NCBI GenBank assembly: GCA_037440005.1
Contig: JBBIUY010000009.1
Span: 9,200 to 73,199, forward strand
Length of the DNA: 64,000 bases
Source of the DNA: Armatimonadota bacterium
GTDB taxonomy: Bacteria > Sysuimicrobiota > Sysuimicrobiia > Sysuimicrobiales > Kaftiobacteriaceae
Direction of reading: 5' to 3'
Shown: positions 40,012-49,791 of the stretch, piece after piece
Numbering within the stretch: position 1 is the stretch's first letter
How the letters are laid out: each line of letters opens with the position of its first letter
Made by a program: the position numbers and the translations under genes
Notes under the pieces: generated by a model
Seen by the model: the letters and a program-made list of their open reading frames with translations, nothing else
Databases searched by the model: none
What the model was told of the DNA's origin: nothing

Positions 40012-42522
40012 TTACGGCAGGGTGGTGAAGCTCACGCTGCTGAAGGCCGGAATGCTCACCACCTTGGAGACCACCACCACCTCCAGGCGGTTGGAGCCCG
40101 GAGCGAGCCTCCCGGTGACGGCGGGGGTGAGCACCACCCGCCAGACGTCCCCCGCCCGCTGGGCCGCGCCCTGGGCCGCCAGCTGTCCCCGGGCGTCAAA
40201 CAGCAGGTACTTCACGTCCTCGATCTCCGCCGCCGGGTACGGCTGGTCGCGGAAGGTGATGCGCACCTCAAAGGCCGCCTCGCTGCCCACCTTCACCGAG
40301 CGCGGGCCGCTGGCGGCCACCGCCGGGATCTTGGGCTCCCCGAAGCGCAGCCACTTGGTGGAGGGGTCGGGGAAGCGCGGGAACCGCCGCAGCTCCACGA
40401 TCTTCTCCACCGGGGAGACCCGCTGGATCTGGAACGGGCCCATCCCGATCCAGAAGTGGCCGCGGCCGGTGCGCCAGTGGGTCAGGAACGTGTACCGCTG
40501 GCGGGCTTCGTCGGCGCTGACGACCTGGCCGAGGGTGGGCGCGTAGGGGATGAAATTCTCGGCCCGGGCGGCCTCCAGCTGCCGGTCCAAAATCGCCAGG
40601 GTGGGTCCGGCCACGTAGTTGAGGTGTTCCACCTTCAGCTTGGTGGCCTTCGCCCGGCTGAAGGCGGCCTGGCCGGCCGCCTCGGCCCGGATGCCCAGGG
40701 CCACCGCGTGCCAGGCGCCGGGGCCGAACCCGTAGTTGGGCATGAACGCCTCGGCCGCCCCCGAGGCGATCAGCTCGGCGTCGATCTGCCAGGTGTCGGT
40801 GTAGTACTCGGCCACCAGCGGGTCCCGGGAGACGATGCGGAAGCCCCGGAAGGTCTCCTGGAAGGACTCGAAGGCCGGCACCACCGACTCGTCGAAGATG
40901 GCGCTCTCCTTCTTGGCCCGGTCGAAGCCCAGGATCATCCCCAGCATGATGTCTCCCAGGGACAGCCGGCTGCCGTCGTGCCACTGGACTTTGCGGTACA
41001 GGTCCCGCTCGAAGTACACCACGGTCCGCACGTTGGCCGTCAGGCCCTGGGGGTGCTTCTCCCGCACCGTGATCCACCGCTGGGCCCGGGCGTCCCAGTC
41101 GATGAAGGCGTCTTCAGGCACGGGGATGCGGGGGGCAAACTTCAGGGTCACCCAGTCCAGCGTCCGGGTCACGGGCAGGCCCTGGCGGACGGTGACCTCC
41201 GCCCGCTCCACCCGCTGGGGGTGGAACAGCCCCGTGTAGGGGTCGGGGATGGTGGCCCAGTCCTGGGTGGCCCGGATCAGCGCCTGGTCGAAGATCCAGT
41301 TGGACCCACCCACCGGGTTCCACGGCTGGGTGAGGATGCTGGGCAGGGCGATCTTCATCGTCCCGCCGACGCGGTCGCGGAAGCGCAGGGTGTACGGCCA
41401 CAGCCGCGCGCCCGAATAGCCCGCCGACAGGTCGGCCACCAGGTCCACCTCCGCCCGCCGCGGCCAGATGGACGTCCGCGTCACCAGCCACACCCGCACC
41501 GAGTCCTTCAGGGCCAGCTCCAGGGCGGTGGCCATCATCCGCCGGCGCTCCTCGATGGAGCGGAACTTGCGCTGGGCCAGCGCCTCGGAGATCCGGTCAA
41601 ACTCGGGGTCGGGCTTGTAGGCCTGCCACAGCGGCTCGGTGAGGCCGCGCTTGGTGTAGAAGAAGTCGAAGTTGTCGGCCTCGTCCCGGGAGATCAGGGT
41701 GGTGATCCACCCGCCGGTGTACAGGTGCCAGCGCCCTTCGGCGGGGTCCCCGCCGATCCACAGGGGCGCCAGCTCCCGGCTGGTCCCGTACCGCCGCTCC
41801 ACGGTGAACCCGATCCCTTCCAGGAGCCCGGCGATGTAGTCACCGATCTGCCGCCGCTCGTCCTCGGTGCGGATCAGGAAGGTGAGGGTCACCGGCGCCC
41901 CCCGGAACTGCCACTTGCCCCCCACCAGGGTCGCGCCCAGTTTCTGCATCTCCTCGGTGATCACCGCCCGGGCGCGGTCGGGGTTGGGGGCGTAGGTCAG
42001 CTCCAGCCGCCGGGCCACGTCGGCCAGCCGGGCGTAGTCGGGAAATACGGTGGCGATGGGGAAGTAGCGCGGCGAGCCCAGGCCGCCCATGATCTCGGTG
42101 GCGATGTGCCGGCGGTCGATCAGCCAGTTGAGGGCTTCGCGGATCCGCGGGACGGCGAACGGGTTGAGTTTGTCGGTGTTGGGGAAGACCGGGCCGACGG
42201 GATTGAGGGTCAGCTCGTGGTACAGGCCGTAGGAAGTGGCCGCGGTCAGCCCCCGCAGGCGCTCCAGGCGGGCGCGCTGCTCGGGGTTGGAGGTCCCGGA
42301 AAACCACGCCTGGATGTCGTTGGCCTCCAGCCGGGTGATGGCCGCGGCGTCGCTGGGTTCCTCCACGGCCAGGACCGTGTCCACCCACGCCCCCACCCGG
42401 GCCTGGGCGCCGGTGCCAGCGGGCAGGGTGGCCACCAGGACCAAAGCCGCCAGGGCGGCCGGGAGGATGCGCCCCCAGGCCCGGGCCCTTCTCCCGCGTC
42501 TGCTGTGTGTGCCGGCGTCCAT
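40012..42522 (-). CDS. Large family 5 ABC substrate-binding protein (~836 aa)
   Basis: Signal peptide, IREALNWLIDR, WHDG, GMGPF; heads the ABC operon. Confidence 0.85.
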   Translation of the reverse strand: MDAGTHSRRGRRARAWGRILPAALAALVLVATLPAGTGAQARVGAWVDTVLAVEEPSDAAAITRLEANDIQAWFSGTSNPEQRARLERLRGLTAATSYGLYHELTLNPVGPVFPNTDKLNPFAVPRIREALNWLIDRRHIATEIMGGLGSPRYFPIATVFPDYARLADVARRLELTYAPNPDRARAVITEEMQKLGATLVGGKWQFRGAPVTLTFLIRTEDERRQIGDYIAGLLEGIGFTVERRYGTSRELAPLWIGGDPAEGRWHLYTGGWITTLISRDEADNFDFFYTKRGLTEPLWQAYKPDPEFDRISEALAQRKFRSIEERRRMMATALELALKDSVRVWLVTRTSIWPRRAEVDLVADLSAGYSGARLWPYTLRFRDRVGGTMKIALPSILTQPWNPVGGSNWIFDQALIRATQDWATIPDPYTGLFHPQRVERAEVTVRQGLPVTRTLDWVTLKFAPRIPVPEDAFIDWDARAQRWITVREKHPQGLTANVRTVVYFERDLYRKVQWHDGSRLSLGDIMLGMILGFDRAKKESAIFDESVVPAFESFQETFRGFRIVSRDPLVAEYYTDTWQIDAELIASGAAEAFMPNYGFGPGAWHAVALGIRAEAAGQAAFSRAKATKLKVEHLNYVAGPTLAILDRQLEAARAENFIPYAPTLGQVVSADEARQRYTFLTHWRTGRGHFWIGMGPFQIQRVSPVEKIVELRRFPRFPDPSTKWLRFGEPKIPAVAASGPRSVKVGSEAAFEVRITFRDQPYPAAEIEDVKYLLFDARGQLAAQGAAQRAGDVWRVVLTPAVTGRLAPGSNRLEVVVVSKVVSIPAFSSVSFTTLP

Positions 42523-42699
42523 ACCTCTCCCTCCTTGCGCCGGGGCCCGGGCGCACACCCGCAGGCCCCGGGAAGATTGTCGCCTCTCTCGGTCACGGGG
42601 ATGTGTATGAACACTATTGGCCGGCGTGCACTGCGGCCCCTGCCGGAAACCGACGTCGGCATACCGGGGCGCGGAGGCTCCGCCCCGTCCGCCGCCCGC

Positions 42700-44832
42700 T
42701 CAGCCCGGCAGGACCTCCAGGGGCGCGTAGCCCACCGCCAGGCGCTTGACGCCCTGGGCGAACCGCACCGTGATCACCGCCCGGGCTCCCTCCCCTTCCA
42801 CCTCCAGGACGCGCCCTTCTCCGAAGTGGGCGTGGCGCACCCGGTCCCCCACCGACGGGACCGCCACCTCCCGCGCGACCTCCACCGCCTCCGGCGGAGG
42901 CGGGGCCGGGGGAGCGCTCAGCAGGTTGGGAGGGATCTCGTCCAGGAACCGGGACGGCACCCCGGGCAGGGTGGTGCCGAAGGCGGCCCGGACGCGGGCG
43001 TGGGTGAGGTACAGGCGCCGGCGGGCCCGGGTCATGCCCACGTAGCACAGGCGCCGCTCCTCCTCCAGCCCGCCCTCGTCCTCCAGGGCGCGGGCGTGGG
43101 GGAACAGCCCTTCCTCCAGCCCCACCAGGAACACCACCGTGAACTCCAGCCCCTTGGCCGCGTGCAGGGTCATCAGGGTCACCCGGTCCGCCTCTTCCGA
43201 CCAGGTGTCCACGTCGGTGATCAAAGCCAGGTGCTGGAGGAACGCCTCCAGGCTGTCCTCCCCCGAGGTCTCCTGGAACTCCCGGGCGACGGTGACCAGC
43301 TCCTGCAGGTTTTCCAGGCGGCTGCGGGCCTCGTCGGTCCCCTCGGCCTCCAGCAGGGCCCGGTAGCCGGTGTCGGCCAGGACGATCTCGATCAGGTCGG
43401 CGGGCGGGACCCGGCGCGCCCGGTCCGCCAAGCGGGCCATCAGAGCGGCGAAGTCGGCGGCGGCGGCGCGGGCGGGGCGCGGGAGGGTCTCCAGGGCGTC
43501 GGGGCGGGCCATCGCCTCCAGCAGGGTGATCCCGTGGGCGCGGGCGTAGGCGTCCAGCCGCTGCAGGCTCACCTCGCCGATGCCGCGGCGGGGCACGTTG
43601 AGGATCCGCCGCAGGCTGCTCTCGTCGGCGGGGGCCAGGGCTAGCCGCAGGTAGGCCAGGATGTCCCGGACCTCCTTGCGCTCGTAAAAGCGCAGCCCGC
43701 CCACGATGGTGTAGGGGATGCCCGAGCGCAGGAACTGCTCCTCAAACAGCCGGGACTGGGCGTTGGTCCGGTACAGGACCGCCACGTCCCGGTACCGCAG
43801 GCCGTCGGAGCGGACCAGATGCAGGATCTCGTCGGCCACGTAGCGCGCCTCGTCGTGGCCGTCCCGGGCCTCGTAGTGCACCACCGGCTCGCCGGGCGGG
43901 TTGGCCGTCCACAGGACCTTGCGGTGGCGGTGGGGGTTGCGCCGGATGACCGCCCCCGCCACCTGCAAGATCGTCTGGGTGGACCGGTAGTTCTGCTCCA
44001 GGGTGATCACGGTGGCGTCGGGGTAGTCCCGCTCGAACTCCAGGATGTTGCGCACGTCGGCGCCCCGCCACCGGTAGATGGCCTGGTCGTCGTCCCCCAC
44101 CACGCACAGGTTGCGGTGCCGGGCGGCCAGGGTCCGGACGAGCAGGTACTGGGCGCGGTTGGTGTCCTGGTACTCGTCCACCAGGATGTGGAAGAACCGC
44201 TCCTGGTACTCCTGGAGGACGTCGGGCGCCTCGGCGAACAGGCGCAGGGTCTGCAGCAGCAGGTCGTCGAAGTCCAGCGCGTTGCGCTCGGCCAGGGCCT
44301 TCTGGTAGGCGTGGTAGATCCGCGCCACGGTCTCTTCGTACCACCCCGACGCCCGCTCGGCGAACGCCAGGTGGTCGAGGGCCTCGTTCTTGGCCCGGTC
44401 GATCAGCGCCAGGACCACGCCCGGAGGGAAGCGCCGCTCGTCCAGCCCCAGGTCCCGCAGGCACTGGCGCACCACCGCCCGCTGGTCGTCCTCGTCGTAG
44501 ATGAGGAAGTCCCGGGCCACGCCCACGCGCTCGCCGTGCCGGCGCAGCACCCGGCCGCAGATGTGGTGGAAGGTGCCGATCCACGCCCCGCGGGCGACGG
44601 CCCCGCCCAGCAGGCGGTCCACCCGCTCCCGCATCTCGCCGGCCGCCTTGTTGGTGAAGGTCACCGCCAGAATACGGGAGGCCGGGACTCCCTGGTGGCG
44701 CACCAGGTACGCGAGGCGGTACGCCAGGACCCGGGTCTTGCCGCTGCCCGCGCCGGCCAGGATCAGCAGGGGACCGCCCGGGTGCAGGACGGCCCGCCGC
44801 TGGGGCTCGTTCAGGTCGGCCAGGAGATCCAT
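42700..44832 (-). CDS. pcrA: ATP-dependent DNA helicase PcrA/UvrD
   Basis: AGAGSGKT, VDEYQDTN, GDDDQ, LEQNYRS, HAAKGLEF, EERRLCYVGMTRA; C-terminal Tudor-like domain. Confidence 0.95.
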   Translation of the reverse strand: MDLLADLNEPQRRAVLHPGGPLLILAGAGSGKTRVLAYRLAYLVRHQGVPASRILAVTFTNKAAGEMRERVDRLLGGAVARGAWIGTFHHICGRVLRRHGERVGVARDFLIYDEDDQRAVVRQCLRDLGLDERRFPPGVVLALIDRAKNEALDHLAFAERASGWYEETVARIYHAYQKALAERNALDFDDLLLQTLRLFAEAPDVLQEYQERFFHILVDEYQDTNRAQYLLVRTLAARHRNLCVVGDDDQAIYRWRGADVRNILEFERDYPDATVITLEQNYRSTQTILQVAGAVIRRNPHRHRKVLWTANPPGEPVVHYEARDGHDEARYVADEILHLVRSDGLRYRDVAVLYRTNAQSRLFEEQFLRSGIPYTIVGGLRFYERKEVRDILAYLRLALAPADESSLRRILNVPRRGIGEVSLQRLDAYARAHGITLLEAMARPDALETLPRPARAAAADFAALMARLADRARRVPPADLIEIVLADTGYRALLEAEGTDEARSRLENLQELVTVAREFQETSGEDSLEAFLQHLALITDVDTWSEEADRVTLMTLHAAKGLEFTVVFLVGLEEGLFPHARALEDEGGLEEERRLCYVGMTRARRRLYLTHARVRAAFGTTLPGVPSRFLDEIPPNLLSAPPAPPPPEAVEVAREVAVPSVGDRVRHAHFGEGRVLEVEGEGARAVITVRFAQGVKRLAVGYAPLEVLPG

Positions 44833-44948
44833 CGGTGATCACTGTACCCAATCGCCCGCACCCTCACAATCAGGGCGCACGGATGACTCACCCGGGTCAT
44901 GGCGGCAGGCGGCACGGGGTGGTAGTGTGATCCCGCGCCGCTCCCGCC

Positions 44949-44984
44949 CCCGGGGTCACCCCCCGGTGCCAGGCACGGGGGGAG
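44949..44984. repeat. REP-like palindromes upstream of the Y1 transposase
   Basis: GGGGTCACCCC followed by CCCCGGTGCCAGGCACGGGG. Confidence 0.55.
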
Positions 44985-45020
44985 GGGGTGTGGGGTGGTA
45001 TTGCCGACGCGGACACGCCC

Positions 45021-45662
45021 ATGCCTCGCCCGCCGCGCCCGGTCTCCGCCGGCGCCACATACCACATCACCGCCCGGGGCAACAACCGGGAGCCGATCTT
45101 CCGCGACGACACCGACCGGTGGGCGTACCTCGCGCGCCTGGCCCGGGTCGCCCGGGACGGCTCGGCGGTGGTGCTGGCGTTCGTCCTCATGCCCAACCAC
45201 GTGCACCTGATCCTGCACACCCGGGAGGCGAACCTGCCCGCGGTGCTGCACCGGCTGCAGGGTCCTTATGCGCGCTTCTTCAACCGCCGCCACGGGCGGC
45301 TGAACCATCTGTTCGGACAGCGCTACGGGAGCCTGCCCATCACCACCGACGCTCACCTGCTGGCCTCCACCCGCTACGTCCACCGCAACCCGGTGCGCGC
45401 GGGACTGGTTCGCCAGCCCGCCGAGTACCCCTGGTCCAGTTACGCCGCCTACGCGGCGGGAACGCCGACGGCGCTGGTGGACCCGCGTCCGGTCCTGGAC
45501 CTGCTGCACCCGGACCCGGTGCGGGCCGCCGCGGCCTACGTGGAGTTCGTCGCCGCCGAGGGGACGGCGGAGGAGGTTCGGGGGGCCGAGGACGCCACGT
45601 CGGACCCGCGCGCGCCCGCGTCCCCTACTCCCACTCGATCGTCGCCGGAGGCTTGGAGGTGA
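45021..45662 (+). mobile_element. REP-associated tyrosine transposase (RAYT)/IS200-like Y1 HUH transposase
   Basis: MPRPPR, YHITARGNNREPIF, LMPNHVHL (HUH), RYVHRNPVRAGLV, YPWSSY; the 3' end overlaps the guaA 3' end. Confidence 0.88.
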
Positions 45663-47235
45663 CGTCGTACAGGACGCGGGTGACGCCGGGGACCTCCCGG
45701 GTCAGGCGGGACGCGATGCGCTCCAGCAGGTCCTCGGGCAGCCGGGCCCAGTCGGCGGTCATGCCGTCCTCGCTGGTCACGGCCCGGATCACCACCGTGT
45801 GCCCGTAGGTGCGGGCGTCGCCCATCACGCCCACCGACGGGACCGGCAGCAGGACCGCAAACGCCTGCCAGACGTGGCGCACCAGGCCCGCGTCCTGGAG
45901 TTCGTCCATCACGATGGCGTCGGCGGCGCGGGCCAGTTCCAGACGCTCGGGGGTCACCTCGCCCACCACCCGGATGGCCAGCCCCGGCCCCGGGAACGGA
46001 TGGCGCCACACCAGGCTGTCGGGCAGCCCCAGCTGACGCGCCACCTCCCGCACCTCGTCCTTGAACAGCTCGCGGAAGGGCTCCACCAGGCGGAACGGCA
46101 TCTCGACCGGCAGCCCGCCCACGTTGTGGTGGGTCTTGATCCGCGCGGCGGTGCGGGTGCCGCTTTCGATGACGTCGGGATAGAGGGTGCCCTGCACCAG
46201 GAACTCCACGTCGCCCAGCTGTCGGGCCTGCTCGCGGAAGACGGCGATGAACTCCTGGCCGATCAGCCGCCGCTTGGCTTCCGGGTCGACGATCCCGGCC
46301 AGGCGGGCCAGGAAGCGCTCCCGGGCGTCCACGTGGACCAGGGGGATCCGAAAGTGATCCCGGAACGTCTGGATCACCTGCTCGGCCTCGCCCCGGCGCA
46401 ACAGCCCGTGGTCCACGAAGATGCAGGTGAGTCGGTCGCCGATCGCCCGGTGCACCAGCGCCGCCGCCGCCGCCGAGTCCACGCCTCCGGACAGCGCAGC
46501 CACCGCCCGTCCGGCGCCCACCTGCGCCCGGATGGCCGCCAGCTGGGTCTCGATGAACGACGCCATGGTCCACTGGGGACGGCAGCCGCAGACGACGTAC
46601 AGGAAGTTCTGCAGGACCTGCCGGCCCCAGGGGGTGTGGGTGACCTCCGGGTGGAACTGGACCCCAAACCGCCGGCGGGCGCTGTCGGCCATGGCGGCCA
46701 CCGGGTTGTGGTCGGTGCGGGCCAGGGACACAAACCCCGGCGGCAGCTCCACCACCGAGTCGCCGTGGCTCATCCAGCACATCAGCCGCGCCTCCAGCCC
46801 CGCGAACAGGTCGGCGCGGTCGTCCACGAACAGCCGGGTGCGGCCGTACTCCCGCCTCCCGGCCGCGGCGGTGCGGCCGCCCAGGACGTGGGCCATCAGC
46901 TGCATCCCGTAGCAGATGCCCAGGACCGGCAGCTCGCCGCTGAAGATCCGCGGGTCGCAGCGGGGGGCGCCCGGCTCGTAGACGCTGGCCGGCCCGCCCG
47001 AGAGAATTAGGCCCCGGGGACGCAGGGCCTGGATCTCCTCGTAGGCGATGTCGTGGGGCACGATCAGGCTGCGCACCCGGCACTCGCGCACCCGGCGCGC
47101 GATCAGCTGGGCGTACTGGGCGCCGAAGTCCAGGACGAGGACGGTGTCGACGCCCCCGCCCGGGCTCGGGAAGGCCTCCGCCGTCGTCTTCCCGTGTGTC
47201 GTCGCCACGGACTCCGAGCCCACAGCCTCGACCAC
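45625..47235 (-). CDS. guaA: GMP synthase (glutamine-hydrolysing)
   Basis: [46 protein letters not shown]. Confidence 0.97.
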   Translation of the reverse strand: MVEAVGSESVATTHGKTTAEAFPSPGGGVDTVLVLDFGAQYAQLIARRVRECRVRSLIVPHDIAYEEIQALRPRGLILSGGPASVYEPGAPRCDPRIFSGELPVLGICYGMQLMAHVLGGRTAAAGRREYGRTRLFVDDRADLFAGLEARLMCWMSHGDSVVELPPGFVSLARTDHNPVAAMADSARRRFGVQFHPEVTHTPWGRQVLQNFLYVVCGCRPQWTMASFIETQLAAIRAQVGAGRAVAALSGGVDSAAAAALVHRAIGDRLTCIFVDHGLLRRGEAEQVIQTFRDHFRIPLVHVDARERFLARLAGIVDPEAKRRLIGQEFIAVFREQARQLGDVEFLVQGTLYPDVIESGTRTAARIKTHHNVGGLPVEMPFRLVEPFRELFKDEVREVARQLGLPDSLVWRHPFPGPGLAIRVVGEVTPERLELARAADAIVMDELQDAGLVRHVWQAFAVLLPVPSVGVMGDARTYGHTVVIRAVTSEDGMTADWARLPEDLLERIASRLTREVPGVTRVLYDVTSKPPATIEWE

Positions 47236-47241
47236 CCTCGG

Positions 47242-48399
47242 TCATCGCCCCTGCCCCACGCCCTGCGCGAACTGCCACCCTTTCCCCTCGGTAGCCAGCG
47301 CAGGCGCGAGGACGATCTCGGCACGGTGCATCTCGGGGATGGTGCGGGCGCCGCACATCCCCATGGCGGTGCGCAGGGCCTCGGCCAGGTTCTGGGTGCC
47401 GTCGTCGGTCCGGGCCGGTCCCAGCAGAATCTGCCGCAGGGTCCCTGTGGTGCCCACCCGGATACGGGTGCCCCGGGGCAGCGCCGGGTGCGGCGTGGCC
47501 ATCCCCCAGTGGTAGCCGCGCCCGGGCGCCTCCTCGGCCCGCGCCAGCGCCGAGCCCAGCATCACCGCGTCGGCGCCGCAGGCGATGGCCTTGGCCACGT
47601 CGCCGCCGGTGGCGATGCCCCCGTCGGCGATGACGGACACGTACCGGCCGGTGCGGCGGGCGTAGGCGTCCCGGGCCGCGGCCACGTCGGCGATGGCGGT
47701 GGCCTGGGGCACGCCCACCCCCAGCACGCGGCGGCTGGTGCACGCCGCTCCGGGGCCGACCCCGACCAGCAGGCCCGACGCGCCGGCCTCCAGCAGCGAG
47801 GAGGCCGCTTCGTAGCCGACGCAGTTGCCCACCAGGACCGGCACGTCGGTGCGGGCGATCAGGTCGCGGATCGCCACCGCCCGCCCGCGGGACGACAGGT
47901 GGCGGTCGGTGACGACCGTCGACTGGATGACCAGCAGGCGCGCGCCCGCCTCGGCCGCCAGCGGCAGCAGCCGGGGCGCGGCGGCGGGGGTGGCGGCCCC
48001 GCAGGCGACGGCGCCGCTAGACGCGATGGCGGAGATCCGCGCGGCCACCAGCTCCTCGCGGACCGGCGCCTGATACACCCGCTGGAGGACCGCCACCACG
48101 TCCTCGGGGGCGGCCCCGGCGATCTCTTCCAGGGGGGCCTCGGGATCCTCGTAGCGGGTGCTGAGGCCTTCCAGGTTCAGCACGCCCACCGCGCCCAGAG
48201 CCGACAGGGCCACGGCGGTCCGCACGTCCACCACGCTGTCCATGGCGGCGGCCAGGAAGGGCAGGCTGAACCGCTGGGAGCCCACCGCCCAGGACAGGTC
48301 CACGTCGGCGGGGTCGACGGTGGCGGCGGCGGGGGCCAGGGCGATTTCGTCCAGACTGTAGGCGCGCCTGACGATGCGGTCCCGCCCCACAAACAACAT
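47242..48399 (-). CDS. GuaB3-family IMP dehydrogenase-related protein
   Basis: AAMDSVVD, VLNLEG, GVGPGAACTSR, IADGG, WGMAT; no CBS domain. Confidence 0.88.
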   Translation of the reverse strand: MLFVGRDRIVRRAYSLDEIALAPAAATVDPADVDLSWAVGSQRFSLPFLAAAMDSVVDVRTAVALSALGAVGVLNLEGLSTRYEDPEAPLEEIAGAAPEDVVAVLQRVYQAPVREELVAARISAIASSGAVACGAATPAAAPRLLPLAAEAGARLLVIQSTVVTDRHLSSRGRAVAIRDLIARTDVPVLVGNCVGYEAASSLLEAGASGLLVGVGPGAACTSRRVLGVGVPQATAIADVAAARDAYARRTGRYVSVIADGGIATGGDVAKAIACGADAVMLGSALARAEEAPGRGYHWGMATPHPALPRGTRIRVGTTGTLRQILLGPARTDDGTQNLAEALRTAMGMCGARTIPEMHRAEIVLAPALATEGKGWQFAQGVGQGR

Positions 48400-48998
48400 C
48401 AGCGCGCCGGCGTGACGGCTCCAGCCGGCCGGACCAGCGCGGTCTCCACCGGCTTCTGGCCGTACACCTCGGGTTTGAGGACGCAGATGAAGGGCAGGTT
48501 GCGGTAGCGGCCGGCGTAGTCCAGGCCGTAGCCCACCACGAACCGGTCGGGGATCTCAAACCCCCGGTAGTCGATGGGCACGGGGCGCAGACGGCGGGGG
48601 ACCTTGTCCAGCAACGCGCAGACCTTCAGGCTGGCCGGGTAGCGCGCCTTGAGGGTCTCCAGCAGGTAGTCCATGGTCTGGCCGGTGTCGATGATGTCGT
48701 CCACCACCAGCACGTGGCGACCCTCGATGGACTGATCCAGGTCCTTGAGGATGCGCACGATGCCCGAACTCTCGGTGTGGTTGCCGTACGAGCTGGTGGC
48801 CATGAAGTCCAGCTGGCAGGGGATGGAGATGTGCCGGAGCAGGTCGGAGACGAACAGAACCGCTCCCGTCAGAATCCCGACCAGGAGCGGCTCTTTGCCG
48901 TTGTAGTCGCGGCTGATGGCCTGTCCGAGCTCCCGGACGCGGGCGGCCAGCACCGCCTCCGGGATGAGGATTTCGTCGATATCGTCCAGGAGCGCCAG
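48399..48998 (-). CDS. hpt: Hypoxanthine phosphoribosyltransferase (probable CTG start)
   Basis: ISRDY, SSYG, VVDDIIDTG, FVVGYGLDYAGRYRNLP; Hpt-like sequence extends upstream of GTG 48953. Confidence 0.93.
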   Translation of the reverse strand: MALLDDIDEILIPEAVLAARVRELGQAISRDYNGKEPLLVGILTGAVLFVSDLLRHISIPCQLDFMATSSYGNHTESSGIVRILKDLDQSIEGRHVLVVDDIIDTGQTMDYLLETLKARYPASLKVCALLDKVPRRLRPVPIDYRGFEIPDRFVVGYGLDYAGRYRNLPFICVLKPEVYGQKPVETALVRPAGAVTPAR

Positions 48999-49083
48999 AG
49001 CTGCTCACCCGCGCTGTCCGGATCCGGGATGCCCGCGGCAGCTGTCCCGCCACAACCGGAGGGCCGGGCCGGAATGTGGCTTG

Positions 49084-49113
49084 ATTATACGGGCCCGCGT
49101 CGGAGGCTGTCAA
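49084..49113 (-). promoter_or_regulatory. Consensus sigma70 promoter for hpt-guaB3-guaA
   Basis: TTGACA-N18-TATAAT on the minus strand. Confidence 0.85.
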
Positions 49114-49185
49114 CGAACGGATGGTGGGCACGAGCGGAGAATGTTCGTGTTTTGCGAGAAGGCCCCCGGAGCGCCCCCGGGCCTC

Positions 49186-49782
49186 CTATCCCACGGCGGC
49201 CGGCCAGGCGCGGCTGCCCGGCTTGACCAGGAGGACGCCCGCGCGGCACAGGTCGCACAGGGAGGGGATGTACGCCGGAGCCTCGACGGCCGCCAGGGCC
49301 TCAAACGGGCAGTCAAAGCGGAGCGGGCCCGCGCTGCGGTCTACGATGGCGCCCACCCCCACCACCACCCCGCCAAGCCGCTCCACCAGGCGCTTGACCT
49401 CCCGGGTGGCGGCGCCGGTGGTCACCACGTCCTCCACCACCAGCACCCGTTCGCCGGGGGCGATGGCAAACGAGCGCCGCAGCTCGAACCTGCCCTCCAC
49501 CCGCTCGGCGAACACCGCCCGGGCACCCAGCGCGCGCGCCACCTCGTGGGCGATGATCATCCCGCCGTAGGCCGGCCCGATCACCACCTGAGGGCTGCGG
49601 GCGCGGAACCGGTCGGCCAGAGCCGCCCCCACCCGCGCGGCGTGCTCGGGGTACTGGAGCAGCAGCGCGCACTGGACGTACTGGGAGCTGTGCATGCCCG
49701 AACTGAGGAGGAAGTGGCCGGTCTGGAACGCGCCGGTCTGCTGCAGGAGGGCGATCACCTCATCGGCACGCATCGGCACCAC
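49186..49782 (-). CDS. pyrE: Orotate phosphoribosyltransferase
   Basis: GHFLLSSGMHS, VVEDVVTTG, KPGSR. Confidence 0.93.
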   Translation of the reverse strand: MVPMRADEVIALLQQTGAFQTGHFLLSSGMHSSQYVQCALLLQYPEHAARVGAALADRFRARSPQVVIGPAYGGMIIAHEVARALGARAVFAERVEGRFELRRSFAIAPGERVLVVEDVVTTGAATREVKRLVERLGGVVVGVGAIVDRSAGPLRFDCPFEALAAVEAPAYIPSLCDLCRAGVLLVKPGSRAWPAAVG

Positions 49783-49791
49783 CCCGTCCGC

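Noticed and set aside
271..43644. Very long plus-strand ORFs (e.g. 271-3633, 3723-7148, 10955-17389, 39229-43644)
   Set aside because: Antisense shadows of real minus-strand genes in high-GC DNA; no recognisable motifs.
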